Of a DNA stretch of 64,000 bases, positions 25,423 through 37,146 are shown one piece after another. Each line of letters begins with the position of its first letter. Position 1 is the first letter of the stretch. Position numbers and translations under genes: made by a program. The notes beneath the pieces are model-generated. The model saw only the letters and a program-made list of their open reading frames with translations, ran no database searches and was not told the DNA's origin. The stretch comes from Tubulanus polymorphus (Eukaryota > Animalia > Nemertea). The stretch is taken from positions 4,810,914 to 4,874,913 of the forward strand of contig NC_134034.1 in assembly GCF_964204645.1 (NCBI RefSeq). The letters are read 5' to 3'.

Positions 25423-26670
25423 TTAATACATAACACTATCTAATTGTGAATTTACAATATTTAATTGCGCGTCAGATATAATATAAATGTGCATTCTAAA
25501 ATTTTTGATTCCTTTATTCTTTGTCATGAATAATTGTATTCCATCTTTTGTATTTTGTAGTTTTTTTCCAGAACCATGTAATGAATTATCTTCAGTTGTT
25601 CTAAAATCTAACCATAATGCAAATTTATTACCGGTATAATAATTTATTTGATTAATATTACAATCTTCAGATGATTTTATTTTTTCATTCATAAAATGTT
25701 TTCTAATTTCTGGCCATTGATCAATCATTCTCATTCCTTGACAAAATATTTTATTCGCTATACCTTCGATAGTTATTTCTACTTTAGTTATTTCAGGATT
25801 ATAATAATTCTCAACATTTATTGCGCCATTAGTATACGTTCCAATGGTAAAAAATATTAATATACCTTTAATAGATCTTCTAGGAAAGTTAATATTCTCA
25901 TTAATAATTTCATCATTTGCATTAATAGTTACAGTTTTAAATTTATCAATATAATCATATAATAATGAAAATCCTTGATTGTATTGAGTTTGAATTATAC
26001 TTGAAATATTTTCATCAGTTACTGTATCATATTCTAAACATATATTCGATAATTTATAACTCATATCTTTATTAACACTAGATAATACAATTTCATTTAC
26101 AGGAGCAAATGTTATCTCAAATATAATATCTTCTTGAATTGCGTATTTATATAAAGGTGCATTATTATTTATCAATTCAAAATCTAACGGAATTTTATAT
26201 TTGCTTCCATATATACTTTTTATCAATTTATCTACATCATTAGTTAATATTGCGCTATTAGCTTCTGATCTTAATTTATTTTGGTTTTCTGATTGAATTC
26301 CTTGAAATATCATATTATTTCTATTTTCTTTAGTTAACCATAAATCTTTATAATGTGAAAATAAATTATAATCATCTAATGAGAAAACTGTTTCTGGACC
26401 AATCTTTATTGTTAACTTTTTAATCAAATATCTTCCAACATTATCAACAACATAATTATTATTATTGCCAGATACTTTTATATCAGCTGATAAATAAATA
26501 CTGTTTGGAACATAAAAAGTATTTTGTGTTAATCTCGGAATTCTAACATATAAAGTTTCATCGGGATTAATATTTGAAGGGTTATGAGTAATTATATGAT
26601 GTGATCTTTCTGCTTTAATAGCATTAGATATTCTATGATTCTTAGAAGGATTGATATAACTCCCACTCAT
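25423..26670 (-). CDS. Major capsid protein (double jelly roll)
   Basis: 415-aa intact beta-rich ORF: HNPSNINPDETLYVRIP, VVDNVGRYLIKKLTIKI, LSNICLEYDTV, FALWLDFRT; motifs recognised from invertebrate Maverick MCPs. Confidence 0.82.
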   Translation of the reverse strand: MSGSYINPSKNHRISNAIKAERSHHIITHNPSNINPDETLYVRIPRLTQNTFYVPNSIYLSADIKVSGNNNNYVVDNVGRYLIKKLTIKIGPETVFSLDDYNLFSHYKDLWLTKENRNNMIFQGIQSENQNKLRSEANSAILTNDVDKLIKSIYGSKYKIPLDFELINNNAPLYKYAIQEDIIFEITFAPVNEIVLSSVNKDMSYKLSNICLEYDTVTDENISSIIQTQYNQGFSLLYDYIDKFKTVTINANDEIINENINFPRRSIKGILIFFTIGTYTNGAINVENYYNPEITKVEITIEGIANKIFCQGMRMIDQWPEIRKHFMNEKIKSSEDCNINQINYYTGNKFALWLDFRTTEDNSLHGSGKKLQNTKDGIQLFMTKNKGIKNFRMHIYIISDAQLNIVNSQLDSVMY

Positions 26671-26737
26671 TTATTTAACAAAAAAAATTAATTATTTATT
26701 TTTGATTATGTTTACTTGATATTTTTTGATATCATGT

Positions 26738-28318
26738 TTACTTGATATTTTTTGATATCATATTTACTAAACCAAAAATAATAGCACTTACAACTGTAAT
26801 TAAAAATTAAATAATATGTTCAGCAGCAAAGTTAATAATGTTTCCTGCAGATTTCAATATAAAACCAACAATTGAAGCAATAACTCCTGGTAAAGCTGCA
26901 GCAGATTTTTTAGATAGTTCCCATAAATATTTTGCTAATTTCTTTAAACCATCTTTAACTTTATCTTGTATAGAATTATTACCTGGAGGTTTATCTGGTT
27001 TATTGGGAGTAGGAGTAGATTTCAAAGCATTTGATATTGCTAAACCAATTGTTGTAAATAACATAGTTACAGCTGTTAGAATTGAAAGAATTGTTATTCC
27101 TTCTAATTTAAATAATAATCTTATTCTGTCTTTTAATGATATTTCAGAATTTGGTTTAATCAACAAATCTTTAAAAATAACTTTTAATCTATTAATATTA
27201 TAATCATATGATTTTAATAATAATTTAATTTCTTCTTTTTGTAATTCTATGTTATATTCTAAATCATCAATTTCTTTTTCTAAATATGCATTTCTTTTTT
27301 TAAATTCAATTTCTTCAATAACTTTATTATCTCTATCTAATTTTAATTGTTCTATTTCTTTATTTTTATCAGTTCTATCTTTTTCTAAAAATCTAATTTT
27401 AAAATCTCTTTTACTTTTTTCATGCGCAATTTTATCAGCTGATTCTTGCATACCTTTAATTTCTCTACGTGTTTTTTCAGGAAATTGTTTTAATTCTTCA
27501 TCAGTTAAATCAAGTAATCCTTTTTCTAGTAAAGATTGTATTCGATTTATTCCAGTTTCAGTACCGGGTGTATCTAAAATACTATTCATCTGTTCGTCAA
27601 ATGAATGAATTGCATCTAACATGCTATCAAAATGTTTTCCTAATTGTAATTGATTTGAATCATTATCAATTTGTTGAATATCTCTTCTAGATGTTTCGGG
27701 TGTTGAAGATCTTAATTTATCTAATCGATCTCTATTCTCTTCCATTTCCGTTTCTGGATTATCATCGATTATTTTAAATAAGTCATCAATTTTTTGACTA
27801 AATACTCTTATATTATCATCTCTTTCTTTTTGTGTAACACCAGTTATTTCATTACTAATACTTATTCTCTTAATTCTAAATGTTTCTAAATTTTCCAAAG
27901 TTGATTCCGCTAATATTTTACTTCGTCTTGTCCTTTTATTAGTGATATCAATATAATAATCATCTTTCAAACGATAATAATATTCACCATCTAAAAACTC
28001 TTGTACTAAAAGTCTGGCGCCTCTACCATTTATATTATATCCAGAATCTTTAAATACATCTTGAAACTTATATATAAATTTATTATTTTCTATATCTTCC
28101 TTTGATAAACCTGGGTCTAAATTTTCAGTAGGTATTCTCGATCTAGTTCTTCTATCAAATTCATCTGTTGATGGGGCTTTAGAACCACTATCTGCTAAAT
28201 TAGAATTATATGCCGATTCATTACCATCATCAATATTAGTTTCTGCATCATTATAATCATCAATATATCCTTCATTATTATTTCCCATTTCATAATCTTC
28301 TCCACCTTCTACATCCAT
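26738..28318 (-). pseudogene. Acidic/coiled-coil protein with C-terminal TM helices, late nonsense codon
   Basis: 503-aa ORF; the frame continues past the TAA as FLITVVSAIIFGLVNMISKNIK*. Confidence 0.7.
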
Positions 28319-28334
28319 TTACATAATAAAAAAA

Positions 28335-29636
28335 TTAAAATTTAAAATATAATATTCCTCCGATTACAATTCCTATACAAGTTATAGCTAATTTAGTATT
28401 TTCATGGGATTTATTATCATCATTTAGTTTAATTATATCATGTTGAATTTTATCAGTTTTTATATCTTCTGATGTATTGTAATCTTTTATTTTAGAATCA
28501 TTAACCAATTTAATATTCTTAGTTTTAGTTTCAGTTGATTGAATATGTTTTTTATTTTTTTCACCCTCCATTAATTTTGGAGCAGTAATAATCTTTTTAT
28601 TTATATCATTCAATCCAAATAAATTATTTATTGTTGCAGTTTTAATTAGATTATTATAACCAATTATATTTCCCATCTTCAATACTAAATCATTAGAAAT
28701 AATTAATAGATTAGGGCCTATACAATAATTAAGTCTTACATGAGATTTATCTAAATAATTTTGATATCTTATAATGTTTTCTGGAATCGATTTATTTTTA
28801 TCATTATGAATTGAATCTTCAAATAAAACTTTAAACTGTTTCTGCGCATCGAATGAAGTGTTATCATTTCCAATTATTGGGGATCTTGTTTCAACTTGTG
28901 ATCCTAGAATACAAATCAAATAAGTTCTAATAGATTGATTTATTCTTTCTATACCTGATTTAGTAAAACCTTCACTATTTTCTAAAATAAAATAAACCCA
29001 ACCATTATTATTATCAATTTTATAATTATGATAAGCTCCAATTCTATGCATATAATCAATTCTTTTTATTTCATACTGTTCACCAACACCTTGCAATTTA
29101 CCATGCGCTCTGAAATCGGAATTAATATTTATATTAAATTCATTACATATTTTATAAAACTTGGATATATTAATATTATTATCCAATTCTTTAAAATATT
29201 TAGACCCGGGTAAAGGACATTCTAATTCATTTAATATTATTCTGATTTGAAAATATGTGTGAAATCTAAATATTGTATGAATTAATTTTAAATCAGAATA
29301 CTTCAAATTTTTATCTAAATTATTTAAATTATCATTCCAACTTATTCCACATCCTGTTGTTGCACAATAAACAGCAAAATTTAATTGATTCTGCCAATAT
29401 TTCATATTAGATTTTACTTTATATATATGATATTCATCTCGAGTAAAAGTAACTTCATATGTATTAAATATATTTTCCATTTTAGAAATAAAAAACTGTG
29501 ATTCATTAACATAAATTTCTAAATTAGTTAATGAATTTAAAACTACATTTTTATATGTAATATTTTTCTTAAAATCTATTGCTGGAATATTATATTTAAT
29601 TGATTTATAATATTGGAAAGCTTTTGGAAACCCCAT
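28335..29636 (-). CDS. Maverick protein with C-terminal TM anchor
   Basis: 433-aa intact ORF; QLNFAVYCATTGCGIS, RFHTYFQIR, ILGSQVETRS; terminal hydrophobic helix. Confidence 0.75.
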   Translation of the reverse strand: MGFPKAFQYYKSIKYNIPAIDFKKNITYKNVVLNSLTNLEIYVNESQFFISKMENIFNTYEVTFTRDEYHIYKVKSNMKYWQNQLNFAVYCATTGCGISWNDNLNNLDKNLKYSDLKLIHTIFRFHTYFQIRIILNELECPLPGSKYFKELDNNINISKFYKICNEFNININSDFRAHGKLQGVGEQYEIKRIDYMHRIGAYHNYKIDNNNGWVYFILENSEGFTKSGIERINQSIRTYLICILGSQVETRSPIIGNDNTSFDAQKQFKVLFEDSIHNDKNKSIPENIIRYQNYLDKSHVRLNYCIGPNLLIISNDLVLKMGNIIGYNNLIKTATINNLFGLNDINKKIITAPKLMEGEKNKKHIQSTETKTKNIKLVNDSKIKDYNTSEDIKTDKIQHDIIKLNDDNKSHENTKLAITCIGIVIGGILYFKF

Positions 29637-29664
29637 TTATATAACTAAAAAATTAATAATTTAT

Positions 29665-30087
29665 TTATTCTTTTAATAATTTATCTTGTTCTTCAACTGT
29701 TATATGACCATTTAAACTTAATATATAATCTAGTGTATTCTTTAATTTATTAATTTCTTTTATATTAGTTTTAATTTTTTCTTTATTACTTTTTATATTT
29801 AATTTTGAACTTATACCGGTTAAAACACTTGAACTTAATCCTAATACACCAATTGATATAGCTAAAGGTGTTAATGGGCTGAATATTGCTAAAAATGTTA
29901 TTACAGAACTAATTGTAACCGAACCACTTATAATCAAATAATATATAATTTTACTTTTTAAATATTTTTTCTTTTTTATCTTTAAGTCACTTTCAAATTC
30001 TAATATTTGTTTTTCTAAATATGTTTTTAATTTAGTTTTATTTATATCATGAGGAATAATATCAATACTATCAACTTTATCTTCCAT
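29665..30087 (-). CDS. Two-TM coiled-coil protein
   Basis: Hydrophobic hairpin flanked by Lys-rich coils; TAAATG start. Confidence 0.7.
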   Translation of the reverse strand: MEDKVDSIDIIPHDINKTKLKTYLEKQILEFESDLKIKKKKYLKSKIIYYLIISGSVTISSVITFLAIFSPLTPLAISIGVLGLSSSVLTGISSKLNIKSNKEKIKTNIKEINKLKNTLDYILSLNGHITVEEQDKLLKE

Positions 30088-30106
30088 TTATTTAGAATAA
30101 AAATTA

Positions 30107-30529
30107 CTAATTAGTAAACTTATAAGCAACAAACATAACAATAACTGTTCCACCTAAAATCCATATTATTTCATATTTCTGTTGTTCTTTACTTGGGGTA
30201 TAATAATCTGATAATTTAGGTTTGTATAGATGTAATTTTTCTTTATTTGTTACTGCGTTATATAAACTCATTGCATTATCAACTGATTGAAAATCTCTAT
30301 GTGAAATCTTCTGATCATATAATTCTTTATTGATGTAATCCATATAGTTTTGTCTCTTTTCTCTATATTCTTCTGCAGCTTTATTGTATTTCTCTAACGC
30401 TAAGTTATGTCTTCTTTGTTCTCCTAATGAACTATTTTTATCAATATGTTTAAATAAATAACCACCACCAGTAAATGCTAAAGCGTTAACAATTGCCGAT
30501 CCTATAATAGTTATAATTGCAGAAGCCAT
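30107..30529 (-). CDS. Small protein with N- and C-terminal hydrophobic helices
   Basis: IGSAIVNALAFTGGGYLF...EQRRHNLALEK; TAAATG start. Confidence 0.75.
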   Translation of the reverse strand: MASAIITIIGSAIVNALAFTGGGYLFKHIDKNSSLGEQRRHNLALEKYNKAAEEYREKRQNYMDYINKELYDQKISHRDFQSVDNAMSLYNAVTNKEKLHLYKPKLSDYYTPSKEQQKYEIIWILGGTVIVMFVAYKFTN

Positions 30530-30556
30530 TTATTTAGCAAAAAAATTACACACTTC

Positions 30557-30778
30557 TTATATGGGAGGAATATATTTTTGTTTTTCCAAATAATCAATAG
30601 TTAAATTAGATAAAGTAACCGCTAATGTTAACTTTAAAATATCATTTATATCAAATCTATCAACATTAACACTTCCCATTTTGAATACTTTTTTTAATAC
30701 CATTGAATAACCAACAGTTCCAACTGATAGTAATGCGCCATTATATAATCCAGTTATTATCCACTTATTATCACTCAT
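30557..30778 (-). CDS. Small hydrophobic protein
   Basis: 73 aa, two hydrophobic segments, TAAATG start, tight packing with neighbours. Confidence 0.7.
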   Translation of the reverse strand: MSDNKWIITGLYNGALLSVGTVGYSMVLKKVFKMGSVNVDRFDINDILKLTLAVTLSNLTIDYLEKQKYIPPI

Positions 30779-30927
30779 TTATTTATCAAAAAATTACTAT
30801 CATCAAAATATTTAGTTATCTTAGTGATGATTATTTCAACATTTATTTCATTACTAGTTTTATGATTATCATATATTTTGGATAATATGTTTTTGATATC
30901 ATCAATAATTCAATCTTCATTTAATTC

Positions 30928-31119
30928 TTAATATTCTAAAGGTGATTTAATTAAATCAATTACTTTTTCTATATTATAATTTTCTTTATCAATCATTGAT
31001 GCATTGTTAAATGATTTACTTTTTATATCAGTAATTACATCATTTAGTTTAATTCTCATTTCTTTACCATGTTTAAAATCAAACCCAAAACATATACTCG
31101 GTCCAACAGTTATATTCAT
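30928..31119 (-). CDS. Small hypothetical Maverick protein, possibly truncated
   Basis: T-tract + TAAATG start. Confidence 0.5.
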   Translation of the reverse strand: MNITVGPSICFGFDFKHGKEMRIKLNDVITDIKSKSFNNASMIDKENYNIEKVIDLIKSPLEY

Positions 31120-31136
31120 TTATATAGTGAAAAAAA

Positions 31137-31898
31137 TTACTCTTTACATCTTATAACTAATTCATAAATTACAGGGAAATTATTTAAATCAATTAAGTAT
31201 CCATTATGATTTCTAATTTCTAATCTAAAATTATTAAAACGAGGAATGCATGGTTTGAAATCACATTCTGTTAAATTATAATTTATTTGTGTTCCAAATT
31301 CTTTAACATTCTTCAATGGTAAAATGTTTAGTAAACCAGAATTACAAGTTATATCTTTAGTTGCTTCGAATGTTTTTGTAGGATCGATTAAATTGCAATA
31401 AATATAAAAATGTGTGTAAGGTATTAAGTTTGGTGTAGTAGCGTCAATATTTGTAAAAGATCCATCTGGAAGAATTCCTAACAGTTTAGCTATAGGTTTT
31501 TTTACCATAAATTTATGTTTTTCACTATTAGACAACCTTATCTTTATTCTATCAGAACTCTCACTTTTTAAAAATCTAATACTAAACCCAGAACTACTAC
31601 CTAATTTGTGCCAGGCTTTTCTATTAATTTCTTGTGCTAATGTATCTAAATTATATAACCCCGGTTTTAAATATATATAGACGCATTCATTTTTATTTTT
31701 ATTAAAAATTAAAAAAGCTCTATGTTCAATAGTTTTATTCGATATATTGTAAAAAGAATTACATAAACTTATATTAACTAATTTTAAATCTACACAATTC
31801 TTAAATTCTCTATCTAATTGTACTAATAAATTATGAGATTTATAATTTGTAAGTTTTCTAGAATCAACATATATTCTATATTCTTTTAATTCTACCAT
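31137..31898 (-). CDS. Minor capsid protein (penton, single jelly roll)
   Basis: IYVDSR, NSFYNIS, LKPGLYNL, FYIYCNLI, LEIRNHNGYLIDLN pattern. Confidence 0.8.
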   Translation of the reverse strand: MVELKEYRIYVDSRKLTNYKSHNLLVQLDREFKNCVDLKLVNISLCNSFYNISNKTIEHRAFLIFNKNKNECVYIYLKPGLYNLDTLAQEINRKAWHKLGSSSGFSIRFLKSESSDRIKIRLSNSEKHKFMVKKPIAKLLGILPDGSFTNIDATTPNLIPYTHFYIYCNLIDPTKTFEATKDITCNSGLLNILPLKNVKEFGTQINYNLTECDFKPCIPRFNNFRLEIRNHNGYLIDLNNFPVIYELVIRCKE

Positions 31899-31913
31899 TT
31901 ATTTTACATATTT

Positions 31914-32253
31914 TCATTCAAAATCAATATCGTGGTGCCCTTTTTCATTCTCACCTTTATATATGAAATAGAAATCACCAGAATATAATTCTTCTAGATC
32001 TTCACTTGATAATCTATGAAATCTATCTGGTAAATAAGTTCTGAATTTATATTTATTTCCTTTTAATCCTTCATATTCTAAATTTATTAATTTATCTCCA
32101 TATTTATTAGTAATTGTTTCAATGTTAGTAATTAAATATTTCTTGTGAATTGTTAACTCAGTTAGTTTTTTTAAATTTATAATCTACAGATTTGACGCTT
32201 GAAGTATCTTTAATTCTATCTAAGAATTCACTGTGTACTTGTTTACTCTCCAT
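31914..32253 (-). pseudogene. Frameshifted orthologue of 63333-63686
   Basis: Aligns with copy 2; an extra A in an A-run breaks the frame. Confidence 0.8.
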
Positions 32254-32281
32254 TTATTATACAAATTTTTATTGAAATTGA

Positions 32282-35200
32282 TTAACACGCTAGAATCCTT
32301 TTCATAATCTCATTTTCTGTTGTTTCTTCTCTTTTGAATTTTATATATTCATCTAAATTGCAACCATAGGCGACTGTGTGGATTCCATCATCTAAAATAT
32401 ATCTTTTATCATCAAATGGGTTTAGACTTATCTTCTCTATCTCTTCAATATACATTTCATGATCTTCAGATCTTAAACATTTCATTTTATGTTTTCTAAC
32501 TTCTTCATTAAATATACAATTGATGTAATCTTTAAAATGAATATTCTTTTCAACAACGCTTTTGGTAATTCCTTTTAACTTTTTAGCTTCATGAGTTTTA
32601 GTTTTATAACTATACATTTTAGATCTAATACCTATGAACTCTATCATTTCTTCACCGCCTAATTCATCCTTAAACTTCCCAGGAACTTTTTTATTATCAT
32701 TGGTAAACAATTCATGATTTTTTGGATAGTTACTGAAATCAAAATGATGTTTTGATGTTTTTAAATCATCTGTTATATTATTAGTTTTTATCTTTAATAT
32801 GTAACTGTCAGTATCGAAGTATAAGATTTATATATGTTTTTCTCCAAAATGAGGTTGTAATACGTTATAGTAAAATTGATACATTAATAATTTTGAAATT
32901 TCTAAAACTGCAGCTCCAACATAAATCGGTTTATTAAATTTCATTGAAGTTCTTCTCATCTTAACTGCGGCTAAATTTTCATCAAATATTCTGTTACCTA
33001 TAAACTTAGGATATGATTGTAAATGCCTTATCCTTTTACCATTACTAACTAACTCAATATCATTTCTATTTCTAATATTTTCACAAGTCTTACCATAGAA
33101 CGCATTATTCATTAGTTTAAAATAATCTTTTTCAAAATCAGTTTTAGATTTAGTTCTCTGTGTAGTATTAAAATCTATATATTTTTCTAACCATTTAGAT
33201 TGACTGAATGAAATATATCTATGTACTTTTTTAAATATCATTCCTTGTCTCAAATAAAACTTCAACATTCTATAATGCACAACGTAATTATATTTATCTT
33301 CTTGAGTTACCATTAACTTTTCAGTATGAATATGATTATCGGGTTTAATTCTTTTTTGATAATTTGATAATTCTTCATGTTTAACAGTTTTATGTTCGGG
33401 ACAATATGCTAGATTTCTAGATTTGAATTTAATATTTTCAGGGTATTCTAAATCTACAACGAAGAAGTAACCAGTATCTGAATCATCTGCAATATCTAGG
33501 ATTCTTTTCTTCCAATCAAATTTATCAATTTGTAAAACTTCAGTTATTTCAAACATCCCATAAGGTTGTGGTTCCATCATTGCCCAACCATAAAGATTAT
33601 TTGCATCTATGTATAATAATTTATATCCAGGATTATCATTTACATTGAAATATCTATCACCCAATACACCTGAAACACCTCCTCTTATAGATTTTTCAAA
33701 TAATAGTAATTGATCTATATTTGTTAACAAATCCATTTTTATATCTGTAAATTTTAATCCACAATCCCATGTTAATCCTGGTGATGAATAACAATGACAA
33801 GGATCAATATTGAAATATTTTAGGTTTACATCTCTAAACCTTTCGAATATATCGGTTAATAATAATACATCTGATTTTAAATATAAATCTACTAATTGAC
33901 CATGATTTTCTATTTTGAAATGATTCCAAATATTCAATGTTCTATTATAGACTTCATCTTTAACATATTCATTTTTTAATTCATCATAAAATTGTTCTTT
34001 CAATAATTCAGTTATTTTAAAATTATTATGATTTTTATAGAAAGAATATGGAATTGCTCCTTTATATCTCATTAATTTAAAATCATCATTATTTGGGTAA
34101 TATTCTTTTAATATCTTTAATTCATCATCAACTAATGATTTTGATAAGTTATCTAATGAACTATTTAAAAATCTATATGAATCTATAAATCTTAGACAAC
34201 CAAATTGGAATGATATATAATTCTCAGATGTTTTAGCTAACATTCTAAATTTATAAGTTGGTATTTTATCTTTTGATCTATTTGAATTTGATATTTCTAT
34301 TTCATTATTGATTTCTTCTATTTTATAACATAACTGTTTGATAAATAAATGTGCATCATATCCTGATAGATTATGAAATATAACTGGAACAAAATTCATT
34401 TTCTTTGCTTGCAAATTACAATTCTCATGCGCAGCGCCTCTAAACTTTCCGTTCAAATGATCATGGTCTCTTACTTTTTTAACTTTATAATTAAATATCT
34501 TTTCACAATAATAACATTTACCTGAAAACACAAATTCTTCTTTATCTTCTTCTGTCATAATCATTTTTTTATTTGTATTCAATAATTTACTAAATCTTAT
34601 TTCATATTCAATTAATAAGTCACAAAAATGATTGATAACATTTTAATTTCTATAATGATGATATTCACTTTCAATTAGTTTTGGATAATCAGATTTAATA
34701 TATAACCCGAAAGCAGCAGCTGATTGATGAATCTTTTTAATAGTATTTGTTTTTGGTGGTTCATCTGAAAAATCATTTTCATTAGAATTTAATTTCTTTC
34801 TTTTATAATATATTTCTTTTCTATCTTGATCAGTTAGTTCTTTATTTAATGATTCAAAATCTCCATATATTACAAATGGTACTTTATTTTTGTAATCATA
34901 TTTTTTGAATTCTAATATTTTATCTTTTTCATTTGGTAAAACTAATTTACAATAATCATGATTATCACATAGTTGTTTATGATTTAATAATGTACTTTCA
35001 TTACTAAATTTATGTAAACATTTTCTACATAGATATATTTTATTATGGTGATCACTTTCTGTTCTAAAAAATAAATCTATTTGTGTAATCCACATATAAT
35101 GATTCTCATAATATAGTATATCTATAACATCATTTGAATCATAATCTTTTGATAGATATAAAGGTTCTAATGTATAATGTTTTATGTTGTTACCTTTTGT

Positions 35201-36316
35201 ATTTGGTAATTTAATTAAATCAAATACATTTATTTTAAGATTATTATCTCTTTCTATTTTTGGAATATTTTTAATTCTAACAGGATACTTATCTATCTTA
35301 TAATTATTTTCAAATTGTTTATAATGAGTTAATCTAAAACTATGTTGTTTATAATCTTCAACTGGGTGTAAGCAACTTATAATTGTCCATAGAAAACATT
35401 TATCATCTTCATTTTGTACATTTATTACAGCATTAGTTTTAAATGGTAGTTTAATATAACTTGATGCTTCAATATCTGGTTCTTTATAATATGATAAATT
35501 ATTTTCATCAATTGGTTTTGATTTAGTTAACTTATTATATTTTGTGTTATAAACATGCAAAGTTATAAATATTATCTCATCAAATATTAAACCAGATCCT
35601 TCAAAATATTTCTCTTCTATTTTAGTTTTTATTTCATTATAACATTTATTTAATTTATCATCGATATGTTGTTTAGATATAATATGTTGTGAATGAGAAT
35701 TTATATTATATATTGGTTTATCTTCAGATTTTATAAACTTTACTTTAACTGATATACTAATTTTAGGATATTCAACATCTGTAATTATTTTTATTATTTC
35801 TTTCATATTTTCTAAATGTTTTTTATTTTCTTCTAATGTTTTACCTTTATGAAATTTAAACTCGATAGCTGCTGGACCAATATCACTTTTAAATGCTTCG
35901 GTTATCTCTATATCTTTTTTATTATCTAATGAATTAATATAATTTCTTACATCTTCCATATATGGTCTTTTATTGTTTAATTTATTTTTTATTCTTTTAA
36001 TTGCGCTTTGTTTCTTATCATTATCCTTATCAAAATAATCTTCACCTATAATATCATTATTCATATTTCTAATATGACTTTGAGATTTCAAATGTTCTTT
36101 ATAATATCTTTTATCACTGAATGATTGATTACATTTATCACATTTGTATGTTTCTTTTTCATCCTTTAATTCTTCTAATTTAGTTTCTAATATATTATCT
36201 TTATATTCTAATTTCAATTTATTCTCTAAATGTGTTCTAGTTTTATTGTGTCTTGCTTTTTGAGACTTATCTATACTTATCTTACATGTTGGGCAGTAGT
36301 ACTTATTTGCTTCCAT
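32282..36316 (-). pseudogene. polB: Protein-primed family B DNA polymerase (1344 codons, two nonsense mutations)
   Basis: All three ORFs are in one frame; both stops are GAA in copy 2. N-terminal C2H2 fingers, DFES, VRDHDH..GAAH..CN, FHNLSGYD, YIDANNLYG, KLMNNAFYGK, YFDTDS. Confidence 0.96.
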
Positions 36317-36396
36317 TTTAATACTAAATTTTTTATCAAAATTGATTTTAGAAGTTCAATGATTTAAATGTTATTCATATATATGAATATTTTAAG

Positions 36397-36664
36397 AGTA
36401 AAAGGGATAATAGGCTTTAAAGCTAAAGGTTGAACGGGCGGGTGAGTAAAAAATGAAAAACATAAAAATAATAACAATTTCTACTTGAATTAGGAGTGAA
36501 ACTCATAAAAATGAAAAATAAATTCGAGCGTGTGAGAATTTATTTTTCATTTTTATGAGTTTTGCGAGTAATTCAAGTAGAAATTGTTATTATTTTTATG
36601 TTTTTCATTTTTTACGAGCTCGACCGTTCGACCTTTGGCTTGAAAGCCTATTATCCCTATTACT
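36397..36664. repeat. Terminal imperfect palindrome: 129-bp arms, 10-nt loop
   Basis: 36397-36525 pairs with 36536-36664; loop GAGCGTGTGA. Confidence 0.92.
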
Positions 36665-37146
36665 GGCATCAGACCACAATTAGGTACCTAAAATGAAAAA
36701 GAGGTCCTCCATAAATGTTGCCATAATTCTGCAAATGGGATAGGTAACGAATTTCGGTTATATGTATGAAATCCATTGGTCCTGAGAGACAGATTGATGA
36801 TGAAATAAGGGATTCCCTGGACTTTTTTTGCTTGGAGTAAGGGTACCAAACCCGGTGGGGCATTCCCTTCTATATTCGGTCCAGATGTACTGGCATACCT
36901 GTACTGGGATACCCCTCCTTTCTAAAGGTTTGATTATTTCAAAAGTTAGGTTGGGTACATGGGGCGAAAACCACTTCAATGCGTAGCTAAGATGCTGGCC
37001 TATGAGGCATACGCAGGATTTCCCCTGAATTTACGCGCTTATATGTGAACTAAACGTTTGAATTTCTTGTTTTTACCATAGGATATAGAAGATTTTGGAA
37101 TAGTGGTCTGAGCTCAAATGGCAAATTCCGCGCAAATTCCAATACA

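Larger units (their letters stand above)
20899..36664 (-). mobile_element. Maverick/Polinton-like endogenous virus, copy 1 (degenerate)
   Basis: Very AT-rich, intronless and gene-dense. Encodes pPolB, double-jelly-roll MCP, penton and an integrase start. Long inverted repeats at both ends; right end ...TATTACT fits 5'-AG..CT-3' termini. Left end is truncated, so no TSD is visible. Confidence 0.93.

Noticed and set aside
26838-27690. Plus-strand ORFs inside Maverick genes, and similar antisense ORFs in Gypsy/BEL
   Set aside because: Antisense shadows of real coding frames, with no motifs or start context.
36665-36670. 6-bp Maverick TSD GGCATC
   Set aside because: No matching sequence at the truncated left end.
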